Part shown: positions 30,801-32,020 of the stretch, one piece after another | Layout: every line of letters starts with the position of its first letter | How positions within the stretch are numbered: position 1 is the first letter of the stretch | Source of the DNA: Candidatus Omnitrophota bacterium | Lineage (GTDB): Bacteria > Omnitrophota > Omnitrophia > Omnitrophales > JACQLI01 | Direction: 5' to 3' | Length of the DNA: 64,000 bases | Assembly (NCBI GenBank): GCA_016179745.1 | Contig: JACPCP010000017.1 | Span: 2,626-66,625 of the forward strand | Notes under the pieces: generated by a model | What the model saw: only the letters and a program-made list of their open reading frames with translations | Databases searched by the model: none | Told to the model about the DNA's origin: nothing | Position numbers and translations under genes: made by a program

Positions 30801-31593
30801 TGGCCTCTTCGGGAACTTATATCTGGACCCCGAATATTACCTGGCTCATTACCGGCAGGGTCTGAAGAAAGGTTTCGAAGCCCTCCAAAGGTTAGGGCCC
30901 ATTGAGGATCTTGGGGTTCACGAAGTGATGAACTATTTCCTCGCGATCAATCTGCTTCATTATTACCACACCGTCTGGCAGGCCGGAATGCCTAAGCCTA
31001 CGATGCGAGATGTTTTTCTGAGAACTCAAACATGGAAGGATTGGCAGGCGACTGAGTTTGCGGAAAATAGAAGAATTTTTTTTGATGCGTCCGACACTTA
31101 CCGAGGAAATAAGGAAAAAATCCGTTTGCGCCGGCAAAACCAGTTTAAACGACTAGTTTCAATGGTCCCCAAAGATTTTAAACGATCCGAAGCCCGGAGG
31201 GAGGTACGGGAGGAAGGGGAAAAAGGAAAAGGTGCCAGGCACTTTTCTCTTGAAGGGATTGTGAGAGACGTGATGGAGGAACGAAGGCCGGGGCGGGCGG
31301 AGGTGAGGAGGTTTCTTGGAGATTTGCAGGGAAAGGGAAAGACGTGGTCTGAGATTGAAAAGATGATTAGGGAGGCGGCGGGCCGGCTTTTTACTAACCC
31401 GCCGCCTTCGCTGGCAATCGCATTACTTGAGGAGAGACTCCCTCTAAGAACTCAAATTTCTCCGCGCGGAGAAATTTACGAAAACGGGCTCAAAAGGGGA
31501 GTGCGGGGCCTGCAGCCGGCCGAAGCAAGCCCGGTCGGGAGCTTTGCCCGGAATCTTGTGGAATCCACTCAGAACTACCGCACCTCCGCCTAG
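13921..31593 (+). CDS. Giant mosaic ORF (5,890 codons, no stop) built from unrelated blocks joined by R-A-E-V-R junction motifs
   Basis: The reading frame is continuous from ATG 13921 to TAG 31593. The N-terminus is signal-peptide-like (MGIQKYRSKTVAFFVALSFILLNCGANLHAQ). Whether it is made or used as one polypeptide is uncertain (see findings). Confidence 0.6.
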   Translation: MGIQKYRSKTVAFFVALSFILLNCGANLHAQTPSGEALVSRFPLVDEAPISLPAELGVIQETYQGHSNQTVIYLQDAHTHPEAQRSIQKIIDYFQRRHGLQLVTVEGGEGRLDPLLFRAYPGRKNLESVFRDYLDKGELSGVAAAAVLNERPAEYYGIEDRKLYEEGMLAYLAADRKIPETLEKLDRLQGDLDRKKERLYSPELLKLDRAIKEFEAEKVRLAEFLAFLAGYEGGVPSVIASERSERSNLKGYPHLFALIKEIETEGSDSKAVTAEIRSLTHELKPLLKDKSELMSFNENEQAYQTGRLSAHAFAHFLLEMAGQLYRHLGSGGLSLRYLKANYPALLKATEHFPLLKKMQAPVFFEELESYLAELKSRLFPSEAAERLDALDQRLARMRSLVRMELTRKDWEALKRDIAVNHRLSAEPSLDDFVAFYRIAEAREKVFVEKIQKLLEKGDREILFLSGGFHTEGVTEAFRKQGLSYVLITPRITKSPEEGLYQKMMRGEVSWKNYFKVRNGWVNLYEAFAEATADRLARRPAEGERRKILRLWRDDVIRKLSGERRIEQSRAYTRFIERAALETVSPEELTRLQSLWRARLDRFLTGLKDLVTQNRLTEQNLLRLFAKPASMPAAVLPLFPTSRLPIALDRITHPRSELRSDEIKEGRPRGVDWQTFIEGEIKRSPPWKDDPAYQGTWKQAALGGTLGVTDLLMDQIVKLLEGNGMLTKERRLLPGRVGLVLGFGRSANELSEAKHWFNLEVVHGVEWVDGRVEDAAKGFANLGLSPRNFRLHHESMEELKDTIADESVDFVYARAISYDFKGASRKLGLEILRILKPGGIFYTDDSSPELREALREHGELLGGPDISGMPGFTIFKKPDHEQSSRAEVRSGVVHLAAVRRGSRQGGRGILPNRHENESERSLRQRRRELEERISVLKDRIVQWEEDRGLLLKRIYDSTSPEQRATVLNNHQEWGDINQILIWKRRDLKALQRELENPSTSSRAEPASPRGLRRAEVRGEASTKLERSRAEVRKRNISGFGDAAGGNPSKEVLERRRSESKWRQPESSVYPSFPGGVNKDSNPDTQNAQRGKGETKIGRQLLKKRTREPDRKNRLSHISKVLADKFLRGLIKGNHTWFPLRFPASSFRSGSIGKNSKEVNIDFHKKHNPFPTPFRAEVRGEKTAEERIRRLYSWFDQTESYKEMKRVLKQHPKVKIFGGANQVSVYSSESALPIMTSPSETLRQYLMQDQGLEGGLSIKEMERLSGEVLGEEIETLLTVFTTVSFKEAMEFIENFSVRPPTEAEMKFFEHLKRYVDDSTQVSQEMAYQAAIYHLAGRDGSYAPLLDYVNHLLENRGKNPRIHSSSPSQAVQSFDEVREIKIWGVKEGLATHVSRIQVRLQNRPPVYFAMNVAQDLHGSADTLRDAHRVLEEDYEWDPRYIMEPLGLGAGKAKRWGERVVSIPISVGEWLEEFEELHLEPESDTRFEIWREQGKRKEIVDREGSNQIWSQIAYLRTLYSRKTADGVILARGVVLAGDYVGRRGKDGRWEVMQVWPRRKKNERYPDPAAIILNGLLLQELDFLKPNPDVPALIFWSRFDLALGSVLAALEDQAAGPKRNSLEPIARETLNLLKGAQQALHDMGADPQNKIPGFINYPEERKGALQLWLELAEETLKRFTETIEKGNRGEALESRQTPTLEWFEAVGHPFSVDLRFGAGRLTLSQRESVERELGMQMVDSVPSMAQKHGLDVPSLKLDWAIRLGLESLFHPRSPQQGKWTYENLTASLSKRLGRPVSVDEIQEIDFWAPKAGGVMLVNRAVVKLKGEDTPEFLVVDVPKDLGPSSERVKREYEILKRWHERLPDRVMEPYKLITLRLRNSRFPQKTFPLHIMIGRWFEGYLETHIVPDGGSFRVQVIREWGDREGRGLNAVVLDSEPSDEFWAEIARMRTVLSDFENGTVTSGLFAINDGAFIAGLDGSNQLIRDNRGRPDIKIISVSELLPYPEEVFPLLLTTDQAMYHRDATRPEAGRLVLWNRPEKSFEAFIQGYIDQVGEGLSGKDRDEAVRKRREEALRILEKTRQLKPLQEGGIQMRNGTRVFFAHPQIAGGEVFQPLLERALAILPSFIEAQRRILKSGMRSGEIDIRAGDIFRHSKSQKIFIVTEVVQGPLTAKIQDGETEETRTLDRNSIVQFLAEHTITSKARRAEVRNVEAANSLTTTRREKRARPERNRTGFGSIVGKLSFKEEEYRDQLISRLHAQGLSGQEVRDLANALVRFKEDSLGQRASLFAEGEGIKNILPSGEFDLSTFVERLRKERQAHSEELNPNGKPLFTDREIHELLFKSLIPVSWVHALRREGLSKHNLLRAFASWADPLGTWQKKKTLRDDLKKSGFSDSEATIAVMNWEHPQTTWKRLRIIRDQLASHPQNKLTPKEATMIVITWGDRALEIWNKRRRIRDQFMRLGLGKSNSNILALRSHPAEMLRAVNKTAGNLTRAGIRKFKENFRFLLQRSHGVVRRWLKDSSDWPNRKINKLLRPLGDYQNRYGRSQRSRAEVRTAEGGMEGKMGPQRFPRHLRPPLWVPPVISDFVTGTDGMRGSRPVSPARWLMEMKLMSEFSTLRQKLFNGIVERLGLDESEWTELIRVINLEFDELLQGMAEDHRSLRNAGWEAGMSRRDISVSVRNLDEIKGLVFLGLHRQAQSLIEKYGSESLDGAVDTLRDEIAGKAPIVNFILSFWEPASLIRLKIKSPEQFKLHLRQISEVLDWEFQQIKAREEKWIQSNYLVRLEGGTALFKFLNQFMNRLNRLGHSDEGIDRALEGFEDNLFPRSEARSTSEETDSDSAYFEKLTGRWDPFWRKSSGRENEGAFAGSYPPQVQEWVLGRIAPWAAHHGAGSFVDLGSGIDLHLLRIIQKQFPAYSLHALDVVEPSLIPPGFQNGIPYWRSLMERTPFETGMFDGVLSTFAAEYGRLEEISREILRILKPAGLGLLVIHHPGSGIVVERERDDQRIRQAIPLLQGALSLLQRVDFNLLEGLETEAKRNAVLFHRLQGLFESLREIQRSPQPEAIEGLKKSLQESLEAGPLTLWGHEQLLENISRFKVPRDVEEFFSRFGFLAQATLLRWPRTPFPGLAYGVVLIPAAAAHAFRAEASRSEARTVVDDLDSGKIVQIGNRLPSYVFKAGPKRLVMLSMERLNHIRKEHQPAPPGKDGFEKNADIPDLIKKAFQKAAESAVSANRFTVDLEEPIGTQTDREGASYPSTKMTVAQVVLKRSGSSGRGDRRNPRDWKAAQEVFEAFGSEMPRDQKIHFVLTAFPGEERKRRGSHSMQERSARLLRRQILSSKSSSPRSEVRSQSTSKEESLIAEDSAVARLFAGIGFDLRVPRSAMPRGREGKDVFRVHWVMLPDEARARLHQISRLTSRPKGGKAELYLFQPLPGYSPILSRLKGSKDTPLFILFKGEQPLFLVVSHLSWDQLDYTHQKDYLRTANVGANVARKEVFALAYLVEAAEKTEMTESKLRVIQEAGKFLSHWLGTRANHSLSVMTRGDLFNRFSTEFGPQNRVYIFPGAFDYTSISSQIFLSGIRPEPGDSVLDLGTGTLIGAVKAAEVQLQAGQENPDSVGEIWAVDQDPLAVQNALFNRGRLPQEVASKIEVRQSDLFQNIPPDKRFNRIYFNLPVETEGAKNPADSRLAVDPKVSDPGSKLLERLLKESKPFLKPGGTLEVSQGDLPHFWRRVYENGWLPTVVEGYQVSRGMHQRAQMEKGLPDSIRVTLVPSSATEPTPITDQWRAIEKLHDKLLSQPGLSDEEMAALQEMEQHLRGEVADVNSFLLHKAVRSFQEWGRGNFEFEYPIGFTKLERRAEVREEGGVELKVKSEKEKEERKKVQGERGEVAEADIEGLRGADPFKFDGLKSRLVGKAPTGVENFDSGDPSGRIKVYGDSFSNVFRDNSRFLEPDVERIHLWIVSNPHRLISFASEIIHVNRDYDNLGLFLGKYGPDLFGLVMLPVPLFFVGIILLTLQPPELGRLPISTSDRLKYLGFARAPKGKLPSGVVADKNGFPRMGGHGGEVNPTLLQSQSEFNLYRTPRRAEVRGEGKDSLADLRNFARIVYIAEEKKEPDKRGLTLFMRSRKNYPFPDSRDLAVAAGLSRTSSSRIRNVAKVHYGGMANLQEKLGYPIKVKEGARSLKRRKNVVRKIFEAVRKREPQDEEELRRFEQAAKGKKRPPAVFQMGEDVYRAIRIHHGGADKFFQSLGYGPKKSLGSWQNFLEALFKDLHGRNPSPKELREFRKKKSRNRVLKKADLSSRVFNAAQKYYGGITGVAGRLGFKLSKSYEGRSLEDWGNYARALYRFLYGRNPSERAWKRFIDPAVKKKGRLPRYEDIPSALRKALRHHGGIGKAAASLGFNDQGPNRTRMRYWPNLFERLERLWREEGYAGLWEMVEKSRTTRRLRKAIESDYPGGLAGVKRRFLYEMGDRAVLIAEELLGERAFEELEFLKGAYDELVKKERPLPLSEAARTQVDQMILRAFEEKMEIDDLLERYRLSFNGRRNYPTPGEVDQMVQDAVLNGNFSNHLNAAADQKGGLQRLTAHQRLARVLELARESEATRAALKHAFEGLEPAGREGLLRRFVKRTSIGDLILGIAGISLPPDDLESRVSQLPARRIIFVDPRQALRLADKAQIRSEARQKRTERYLEAFQGGRTSWSQFPSPERVRLIRVAADELGKPPGEMNTRDFARRIQSLASPKYPYGKMLAGLLGHYRKPGEPVSVALKRLKKRLLGINDSLPQKRVSFRIGLGALMRNESLSLQRIPKKAQRRAVELIAGKMGKTPGQLRTRDVRKSSTLRRLVNHYWKKEEGELAALKRMKKTLGISHEPTGNDIFYVWKEKYSDWDQVKEILGLNGPLPLNEEQLIKISEEERKSRGTGEKWGFKAFQEALFTEVRRGNAAARSASLILHQGLIWMVAKKVWRISKNFGLPKGIAFEDLISVGKIVLARAVEKFSEKKRPYLFSSYAYGYLNAAMVRLVKRERKREEKFREILHEPLNGTDGATRASFIDEERRMIWRGRKNASLEPSDLVDLRPAVVTALKDAGFSERDIRIFFARIAGQRRDEIGLEHHISGVRVGQIHQKALGVVQRALADGVNDGASYRNRAEVRSASPAVLDGGLRRTWNMVWEGPGEAKGQENRQVTGDASGSSVREESTRSSPESGKLPIPWQTSYASSLIRTSARAIPAMRSIGVTILSVILSPIPVILSKIPPIAIAMTKVWNSVRQVLERASNLFSVQKERFMIAGNISIISIIVNDELIPFRELVPLFHRAEVREPSQAGVPVQQRKDLDRLFEILDRNYFQEGAFQERISKTLRDLPRIESQFPDESGHPDSPNWSESIAFHEKETAPEILEALKSRRLNGEDLTGLWSQMVVGFQIDYFRQVHSWFKVPLESQGERKAELIAEMGYFRTLTALLLALQTDLANGRGVDLAKEILLKLHQKIVEADQRGTNLFTRAAQTLPEMELIVTSLYAHSPTSAEQLLLIGLAEEKWPEPLRSEMLALKLIHKVNHLEMISTISDKPPIKLYEELEDLLMLSDNGIDFRELKAKFEPVLTNSGKGDRLAQQAVGMVLLFSPVLFLVPKKNRPTFFNGLFGNLYLDPEYYLAHYRQGLKKGFEALQRLGPIEDLGVHEVMNYFLAINLLHYYHTVWQAGMPKPTMRDVFLRTQTWKDWQATEFAENRRIFFDASDTYRGNKEKIRLRRQNQFKRLVSMVPKDFKRSEARREVREEGEKGKGARHFSLEGIVRDVMEERRPGRAEVRRFLGDLQGKGKTWSEIEKMIREAAGRLFTNPPPSLAIALLEERLPLRTQISPRGEIYENGLKRGVRGLQPAEASPVGSFARNLVESTQNYRTSA
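14634..14664 (+). repeat. In-frame 'VIASERSERSNL' palindromic mini-element
   Basis: cATTGCgagcgaacgaagtgagcgaaGCAATc has outer inverted repeats ATTGC/GCAAT and an internal direct repeat GAGCGAA x2. It resembles a short repeat that I recall seeing translated as VIASEAKQS-type peptides in many genomes. Confidence 0.45.
15880..15894 (+). repeat. Junction motif J1 (variant R-S-E-L-R)
   Basis: cgg tcc gag cta agg. It is followed by two strong SD-like strings (TAAGGAG, AAGGAGG) within the giant frame. Confidence 0.5.
15895..16569 (+). other. Block 1: class I SAM-dependent methyltransferase-like module
   Basis: Motif I-like VGLVLGFGRSANE, an acidic loop VEWVDGRVEDA, VDFVYARAI, and ILRILKPGGIFY, which is the typical MTase 'LKPGG'. 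Bounded by J1 and J2. Confidence 0.6.
16570..16584 (+). repeat. Junction motif J2 (R-A-E-V-R)
   Basis: tcctcc CGC GCC GAG GTG CGT. Confidence 0.8.
16921..16968 (+). repeat. Junction motif J3, split by a 33-nt in-frame hairpin insertion
   Basis: tcctcc CGC GCC GAG | cctgcttcgcccagagggcttcgcagagctgag | GTG CGG. The insert ends in GCTGAG, echoing the GCCGAG just before it (5/6 duplication). Confidence 0.75.
16999..17013 (+). repeat. Junction motif J4 (R-A-E-V-R)
   Basis: AGG GCC GAG GTG CGG, only 30 nt after J3. Confidence 0.8.
17024..17116 (-). CDS. 30-aa hydrophobic peptide (antisense cassette A, gene 2)
   Basis: MIPVVATLILIAFVLTLLYLDSHRQRPQTH. Its ATG overlaps the TGA of gene 1 (TGATG). 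It ends 10 nt from J4. The architecture is paralogous to 29450-29539. Confidence 0.5.
   Translation of the reverse strand: MIPVVATLILIAFVLTLLYLDSHRQRPQTH
17116..17319 (-). CDS. 67-aa two-TM membrane protein (antisense cassette A, gene 1)
   Basis: ATG preceded by GAGAGGAAA. MITFDESTKKFVGKNFADMGKAILTVGFASSFFEKLPTYLRLTFSSLGILCIGIGILIHAARKGGVN aligns with the protein at 29541-29753 (xxKKF/EKRF, FFEKL/IFDKI, LRLTFSSLG/LRITLSMVT). Confidence 0.65.
   Translation of the reverse strand: MITFDESTKKFVGKNFADMGKAILTVGFASSFFEKLPTYLRLTFSSLGILCIGIGILIHAARKGGVN
17365..17393 (-). promoter_or_regulatory. Near-consensus sigma-70 promoter for antisense cassette A
   Basis: On the minus strand: TTGACT (17393-17388), a 17-nt spacer, then TATACT (17370-17365). 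The ATG at 17319 lies 45 nt downstream. Confidence 0.6.
17437..17451 (+). repeat. Junction motif J5 (R-A-E-V-R)
   Basis: cctttc CGC GCC GAG GTG CGG ggagagaag. Confidence 0.8.
17452..20514 (+). other. Block 5: ~1,020-aa module containing two diverged tandem copies of a ~200-aa unit
   Basis: Unit 1 (~18040-18645) begins EIKIWGVKEG...VRLQNRPPVYFAMNVAQDL...RYIMEPLGL...VGEWLEEFEELHLEP...IWSQIAYLRTLYS. Unit 2 (~19305-19950) begins EIDFWAPKAG...VKLKGEDTPEFLVVDVPKDL...DRVMEPYKL...IGRWFEGYLETHIVP...FWAEIARMRTVLS. I recognise no family; the layout is possibly kinase-like. Confidence 0.4.
20515..20529 (+). repeat. Junction motif J6 (R-A-E-V-R)
   Basis: gcccgc CGC GCC GAG GTG CGG. Confidence 0.8.
21556..21570 (+). 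repeat. Junction motif J7 (R-A-E-V-R)
   Basis: AGG GCC GAG GTG CGG. Confidence 0.8.
22381..22395 (+). repeat. Junction motif J8 (variant R-S-E-A-R)
   Basis: cttcccc CGT TCC GAG GCG AGA. Confidence 0.55.
22396..23334 (+). other. Block 8: second SAM-dependent methyltransferase-like module
   Basis: SFVDLGSGIDLHLLRII (motif I), LHALDVVEP, FDGVLSTFAAEY and ILRILKPAGLGLLVIHH. Unrelated in sequence to block 1. Confidence 0.55.
23335..23364 (+). repeat. Junction motif J9 (tandem partial RAEAS + RSEAR)
   Basis: CGT GCC GAG gcc tcc CGC TCC GAG GCG AGA. Confidence 0.55.
23935..23949 (+). repeat. Junction motif J10 (variant R-S-E-V-R)
   Basis: ttcttccccc CGC TCC GAA GTG CGG. Confidence 0.65.
23950..25467 (+). 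other. Block 10: third methyltransferase-like module (HemK/PrmC-like small-domain type)
   Basis: DSVLDLGTGTLIGAVKAA (motif I), IWAVDQDPLAVQNA, and FNRIYFNLPV where N6-MTases have NPPY. LKPGGTLEV follows. It is preceded by ~250 aa of unknown function. Confidence 0.55.
25468..25482 (+). repeat. Junction motif J11 (R-A-E-V-R)
   Basis: CGC GCC GAG GTG CGG gaggaagg. It has a full purine-rich right flank. Confidence 0.8.
25588..25797 (-). CDS. DUF2283-family protein (putative antitoxin), antisense cassette B
   Basis: MRITYDPKVDALYIRFQETTVITKHVAEGVAVDFDSAGRIAGIEILDARRRF is a close match to the DUF2283 pattern (M.I.YD...DALYI.......GIEILDAS). Confidence 0.8.
   Translation of the reverse strand: MRITYDPKVDALYIRFQETTVITKHVAEGVAVDFDSAGRIAGIEILDARRRFADQSTLKTVKLEGIGSS
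25816..26085 (-). CDS. DUF4258-family protein (putative toxin), antisense cassette B
   Basis: MPAHPRKPIFISDHARRQLAFRGTGESEVFEAIRS...VVVTVYVYYF fits the DUF4258 pattern (HA..R...RGI....V........ViTvy). Start placed at the ATG at 26085 rather than the TTG at 26121. Confidence 0.75.
   Translation of the reverse strand: MPAHPRKPIFISDHARRQLAFRGTGESEVFEAIRSADWKPAELGRLECKKDYPYEKEWNGKHYKTKQVRPIFAEEESEIVVVTVYVYYF
26093..26121 (-). promoter_or_regulatory. Candidate promoter of antisense cassette B (would give a leaderless mRNA)
   Basis: On the minus strand: TTGACT (26121-26116), a 17-nt spacer, then TAACTT (26098-26093). The ATG follows only 7 nt later. Confidence 0.35.
26152..26166 (+). repeat. Junction motif J12 (R-A-E-V-R, last Arg = AGG)
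   Basis: ctccccgc CGC GCC GAG GTG AGG ggagagggg. Confidence 0.75.
26200..27300 (+). other. Five repeats resembling homing-endonuclease-associated (HNH-repeat type) helical units
   Basis: Recurrent endings: AKVHYGGMANLQEKLGY, IRIHHGGADKFFQSLGY, AQKYYGGITGVAGRLGF, LRHHGGIGKAAASLGF and IESDYPGGLAGVKRRF. Each is preceded by a '...GRNPS..E...F' stretch. Confidence 0.4.
27931..27945 (+). repeat. Junction motif J13 (variant R-S-E-A-R), internal to block 12
   Basis: CGT TCG GAG GCC CGG. Confidence 0.4.
28690..29310 (+). other. Sigma-70-family-like module (regions 2 and 4) embedded in the giant ORF
   Basis: Region 2-like: GIAFEDLISVGKIVLARAVEKFSEKKRPYLFSSYAYGYLNAAMVRLV (compare DLIQEGNIGLMKAVEKFDP..G..FSTYA.WWI). 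Region 4-like HTH: FSERDIRIFFARIAGQRRDEIGLEHHISGVRVGQIHQKALGVVQRAL. Confidence 0.6.
29338..29352 (+). repeat. Junction motif J14 (R-A-E-V-R)
   Basis: CGC GCC GAG GTG CGG, immediately followed by hairpin element 29353-29391. Confidence 0.8.
29353..29391 (+). repeat. GCTTCGCCC...GGGCTTCGC hairpin mini-element
   Basis: tctGCTTCGCCCGCC-gtgctggat-GGCGGGCTTCGCaga, with a 7-bp GC stem gcccgcc/ggcgggc. Same family as 16930-16956 and 1331-1363. On the minus strand it lies just downstream of cassette C, where a terminator would sit. Confidence 0.6.
29450..29539 (-). CDS. 29-aa hydrophobic peptide (antisense cassette C, gene 2)
   Basis: MFAMVWATFLILAMIVWILLERYFLKHHQ. It starts 2 nt after the gene 1 stop. 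It has the same TM plus basic/His tail layout as 17024-17116. Confidence 0.5.
   Translation of the reverse strand: MFAMVWATFLILAMIVWILLERYFLKHHQ
29541..29753 (-). CDS. 70-aa two-TM membrane protein (antisense cassette C, gene 1), paralogue of 17116-17319
   Basis: MKRSFWTEKRFEALSKTCLTLFQTFVIAMAIGGIFDKITGIGLRITLSMVTPMLLIAGIALADVRIKEEA. Start chosen at ATG 29753 by alignment to the cassette A protein. The ORF-track TTG at 29792 is the -35 hexamer. Confidence 0.6.
   Translation of the reverse strand: MKRSFWTEKRFEALSKTCLTLFQTFVIAMAIGGIFDKITGIGLRITLSMVTPMLLIAGIALADVRIKEEA
29764..29792 (-). promoter_or_regulatory. Near-consensus sigma-70 promoter for antisense cassette C
   Basis: On the minus strand: TTGACA (29792-29787), a 17-nt spacer, then TATATT (29769-29764). 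The ATG lies 10 nt downstream, giving a very short leader. Confidence 0.55.
29836..29850 (+). repeat. Junction motif J15 (R-A-E-V-R)
   Basis: tcttccac CGC GCC GAG GTG CGG. Confidence 0.8.
31183..31209 (+). repeat. Junction motif J16 (R-S-E-A-R + R-E-V-R)
   Basis: CGA TCC GAA GCC CGG AGG GAG GTA CGG gaggaagggg. Confidence 0.55.
31294..31308 (+). repeat. Junction motif J17 (R-A-E-V-R, codons CGG GCG GAG GTG AGG)
   Basis: The peptide is the same as in the canonical copies, with different Ala and Arg codons. Confidence 0.65.
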
Positions 31594-31599
31594 CTGTCC

Positions 31600-31624
31600 A
31601 AATTGTCAATCCGATTGACAATTT
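31600..31624 (+). promoter_or_regulatory. Perfect 11-bp-arm palindrome (AAATTGTCAAT-CCG-ATTGACAATTT), probable operator overlapping a TTGACA -35 box
   Basis: It lies 7 nt after the giant ORF stop and ~110 nt upstream of the Phd/YefM gene. The right arm contains TTGACA, followed 15-17 nt later by GATAAT/TAATAG. Confidence 0.5.
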
Positions 31625-31731
31625 GTCTTTCGTTAGATAATAGATGCCAAGGCACATTGAGGATGACACGAAAACACATTGGCATTAGGGAGGGTTTTTT
31701 GAGAGCAAAGAAGGCGAAGCGAAGGAAAGAT

Positions 31732-31974
31732 ATGATCGGGACGATCTCTGAAGTGCGGGGCAATTTCTCGAAGGTGATTGACCTTGTGAACCGAAGCGGC
31801 CGAAGGTGTGTCATCGAGCATCGAGATAAAATTGTCGGCGCAATTATTTCAGCCGATGAACTAGAGACACAGGAAATTTTGGAAGATCCTGTGACAATGA
31901 AGCGCCTCAGACGGGCAGAGAAAGCCATCAAGACCGGACGCCTCCTTACGAGCGAAGAAGTATTTGGCCATTAG
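31732..31974 (+). CDS. Phd/YefM-family type II antitoxin (no cognate toxin gene adjacent)
   Basis: MIGTISEVRGNFSKVIDLVNRSGRRCVIEHRDKIVGAIISADELE matches the Phd/YefM N-terminal fold pattern. Start moved to the internal ATG at 31732. Confidence 0.75.
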   Translation: MIGTISEVRGNFSKVIDLVNRSGRRCVIEHRDKIVGAIISADELETQEILEDPVTMKRLRRAEKAIKTGRLLTSEEVFGH

Positions 31975-32020
31975 CGTCCATCTAGCTTAGGCCCCAGCCT
32001 TTTGGTAAACTACACAGCCG

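Noticed and set aside
13921-31593. The recurring junction motif as a CRISPR array
   Set aside because: The conserved core is only ~16-20 nt. Spacings range irregularly from 30 nt to 3.2 kb. All copies are in one reading frame of an open ORF. No cas genes are present in the window.
13921-31593. The cassette chain as a classical integron
   Set aside because: No intI-type integrase or attI is present in the window. The junctions lack attC features (RYYYAAC/GTTRRRY cores and a 57-141-bp imperfect palindrome). Integron cassettes retain their stop codons, whereas here none exists over 17.7 kb.
13921-31593. The giant ORF as an artefact of stop-codon reassignment
   Set aside because: Flanking genes end in TAA (hsdR, fic, uvrC), TGA (BamD-like gene, holA, clpC) and TAG (the KS at 44386, the giant ORF itself). 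The prfB frameshift site also uses UGA as a stop. The standard code therefore applies.
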